A DNA stretch of 63,085 nt, filler included, from Diploschistes diacapsis (Eukaryota): the NCBI GenBank assembly GCA_023645945.1. It is 5 parts of 5 records of this genome, joined end to end, with 100 filler letters (N's around TTAATTAATTAA, not from the genome) between each part and the next. Parts side by side here need not be neighbours in the genome. Positions count along the whole stretch, not along the records: positions 50,573 to 63,085 come from JALAIB010000732.1; 4 more parts are not named here. One strand, 5' to 3'. The notes under the pieces are model-generated. The model searched no databases, had not been told where the DNA came from, and saw nothing but the letters and a program-made list of their open reading frames with translations. Position numbers and translations under genes: made by a program. Shown here in pieces: positions 61,701 through 63,085 of this stretch. Position 1 is the stretch's first letter. Every line of letters starts with the position of its first letter.

Positions 61701-62597
61701 AGTGGAATATTTTAAGAGATTGAATTCGCTGTGCATCATCTTCCTTAGCGATCAACAAGAGCGCCTCTTTTAAAACATCAACGCCACGCTGCAAATCGGC
61801 TAGTGACCCTAAATGTTCAAATCGTAGGCCAAGGCCGTAGCCAAACGTGGTCAAAAGGTCAGCTTTAGGATTGCAAGGATCCATAATTCTCTCAAGCACT
61901 TCAACAGCACTACCAATATCTTGCACGGACCTTGTTTCGTTGTAACGGCTCATGAGAAAGGAGCTCAAGATATTGGAAAATATCGCACGGTGAGCTTGGT
62001 CCTGACTGATCTCAACTCCTTGGCCAACGAACGTAATGGCACTGTCAAGATCTAGCATTGAGCCATTTTGTCTGAACCTGTGGAAGAGAATCTGGCCATG
62101 GCTCGTAAAATGCGTTGCTTGTGCATTCTGCTCAATACTTTCTCGGATTGCACTAGCAGCAGGAGGTCCCTCAGGTCGTTTTCCCAGTATTGCTGACAAC
62201 ACGCTCTGTAGAGTCGGGACCCAATACTGACACGTTGCTGCTGCATGTAGAGCGTGCTCATAAATGCGAACGACTTCGTCTAGTCTCTGGATGTCGTTAT
62301 TTGATTCATATTTTTCTGAAGCTTGCATGGCTATCCGCGTGATAACATAAGGCGAGAGGCCTTCTAGGGTCGGCCGTAGCTCAAGGAGTCGATATAAGAC
62401 TGCTTTCAAAGTCTGCTGACGTTTATCTGGTCAGAGACTTGGGCAACGGGTCTTGATGCCCAGTACTCTGCTCGTATGAATATTTGCTCATGATAGGGAA
62501 TGGAGTTCAAGTATCTTAGTGCAAAGCACCAAACATATATATCAATGACGCCAAGTACTTTGGGGGACTCACTCGCAAGCCGATGGAAGAGATCCAT
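58792..62597 (-). CDS. Second, longer TPR-repeat + CHAT domain protease (~1200 aa; 5' exon structure uncertain)
   Basis: Open frame 58792-62409 with many L..RY...GS..DL..AI repeats, LELGRG, IRAQPGLSRFL, LEWLWEDIAEPCL, WIPTG, LPLHAAG, catalytic FHFAGHG (59332-59352) and YLSAC (~59197), AGFRHVIGTLW, WVPYIHYGA. Nearest upstream ATG is 62597 in another frame, with a GTGAGT donor. Confidence 0.93.
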
Positions 62598-62699
62598 CGT
62601 GGGATGTTTAAGCTCTAGGAATGAAGTTCCACAGCAAAGACAGGGCGATTCGGGAGCACCATCTGCTCCCTACCCCGGTCACATATAGTGTGTCTATCA

Positions 62700-63085
62700 A
62701 GCTGTTTAGCTCATATCTAGTTCCGATAGTAATTAATATAAATTATATATATGTAAAGGATAAAATGCAGTAGTGTGATAGTAATGGTCATAGTTGTTAT
62801 GATCTCTATCTCTATAAGGTAGACACAAGGTATAGATCAAGGTGGGTTTGGTCTCGTTTAGAAGAGGAATGCAAGCAGGAGAAGAAGGTAAAGCAGTTAT
62901 AGGTCAGATTATTTCTGGAAAGGAGTCTTTCTGATAATAGAAGTAACGAATATAAATTAATCCCGAGTAATAACTTAAGATGTCTATAAAAGTGAACACG
63001 TCTTAAACTCGAAAAGACTATAGCGACGTTTTTATATAATTTAAATTAATAATTAATTATCGACAGTAAGTTGTTATAATAACGT
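62700..63085. repeat. AT/TpA-rich degenerate repeat-like flank at the contig end
   Basis: Abrupt shift to AT-rich, TA-rich sequence with no ORF; ends in ...TAACGT. Confidence 0.4.

Noticed and set aside
50573..63085. Gasdermin/RCD-1, HET, NACHT or NB-ARC gene in the protease island
   Set aside because: No ORF or spliced model of suitable size or motif content (no P-loop, no gasdermin-like beta-rich ORF) is visible; such genes could lie beyond the contig edges.
50573..63085. CRISPR-associated (Craspase) locus
   Set aside because: Spliceosomal introns show the DNA is eukaryotic, and there is no repeat-spacer array or cas gene; the bacterial systems are only analogies.

Overview
Eukaryotic (filamentous ascomycete) genomic DNA, not one continuous locus. 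It is five ~12.5 kb contigs in descending size order, joined by artificial 100-bp linkers (44 N + TTAATTAATTAA + 44 N) at 12554-12653, 25203-25302, 37850-37949 and 50473-50572, so gene order means nothing across a linker. Contig 1: a large secreted Kex2-type repeat precursor with a 1-bp frameshift, a decayed kinase, and a CRAL-TRIO lipid transfer protein (CSR1-like). Contig 2: RPN8, ADK1, a Gfo/Idh/MocA oxidoreductase, PCF11, a small I9-type protease inhibitor and a Hook protein. Contig 3: a Ser/Thr-rich secreted protein, a cytochrome P450, MRM1 and a CCCH-finger protein. Contig 4: two C2H2 transcription factors (one NsdC/Usv1-like) and a pogo/Fot1-type MITE. Contig 5 is the standout. It is a compact island with transposon-like or AT-rich DNA at both ends, holding five genes: TPR-CHAT protease (+), non-canonical caspase/peptidase C14 with a bacterial-type C-terminal extension (-), ~90-aa SH3-like protein (-), DUF6594-like membrane protein (+) and a second TPR-CHAT protease (-). 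All three proteases keep their His/Cys dyads. I infer a candidate fungal proteolytic-cascade immune/cell-death system analogous to bacterial CHAT-to-caspase cascades. Family assignments come from motif recognition by eye; no database searches were run.
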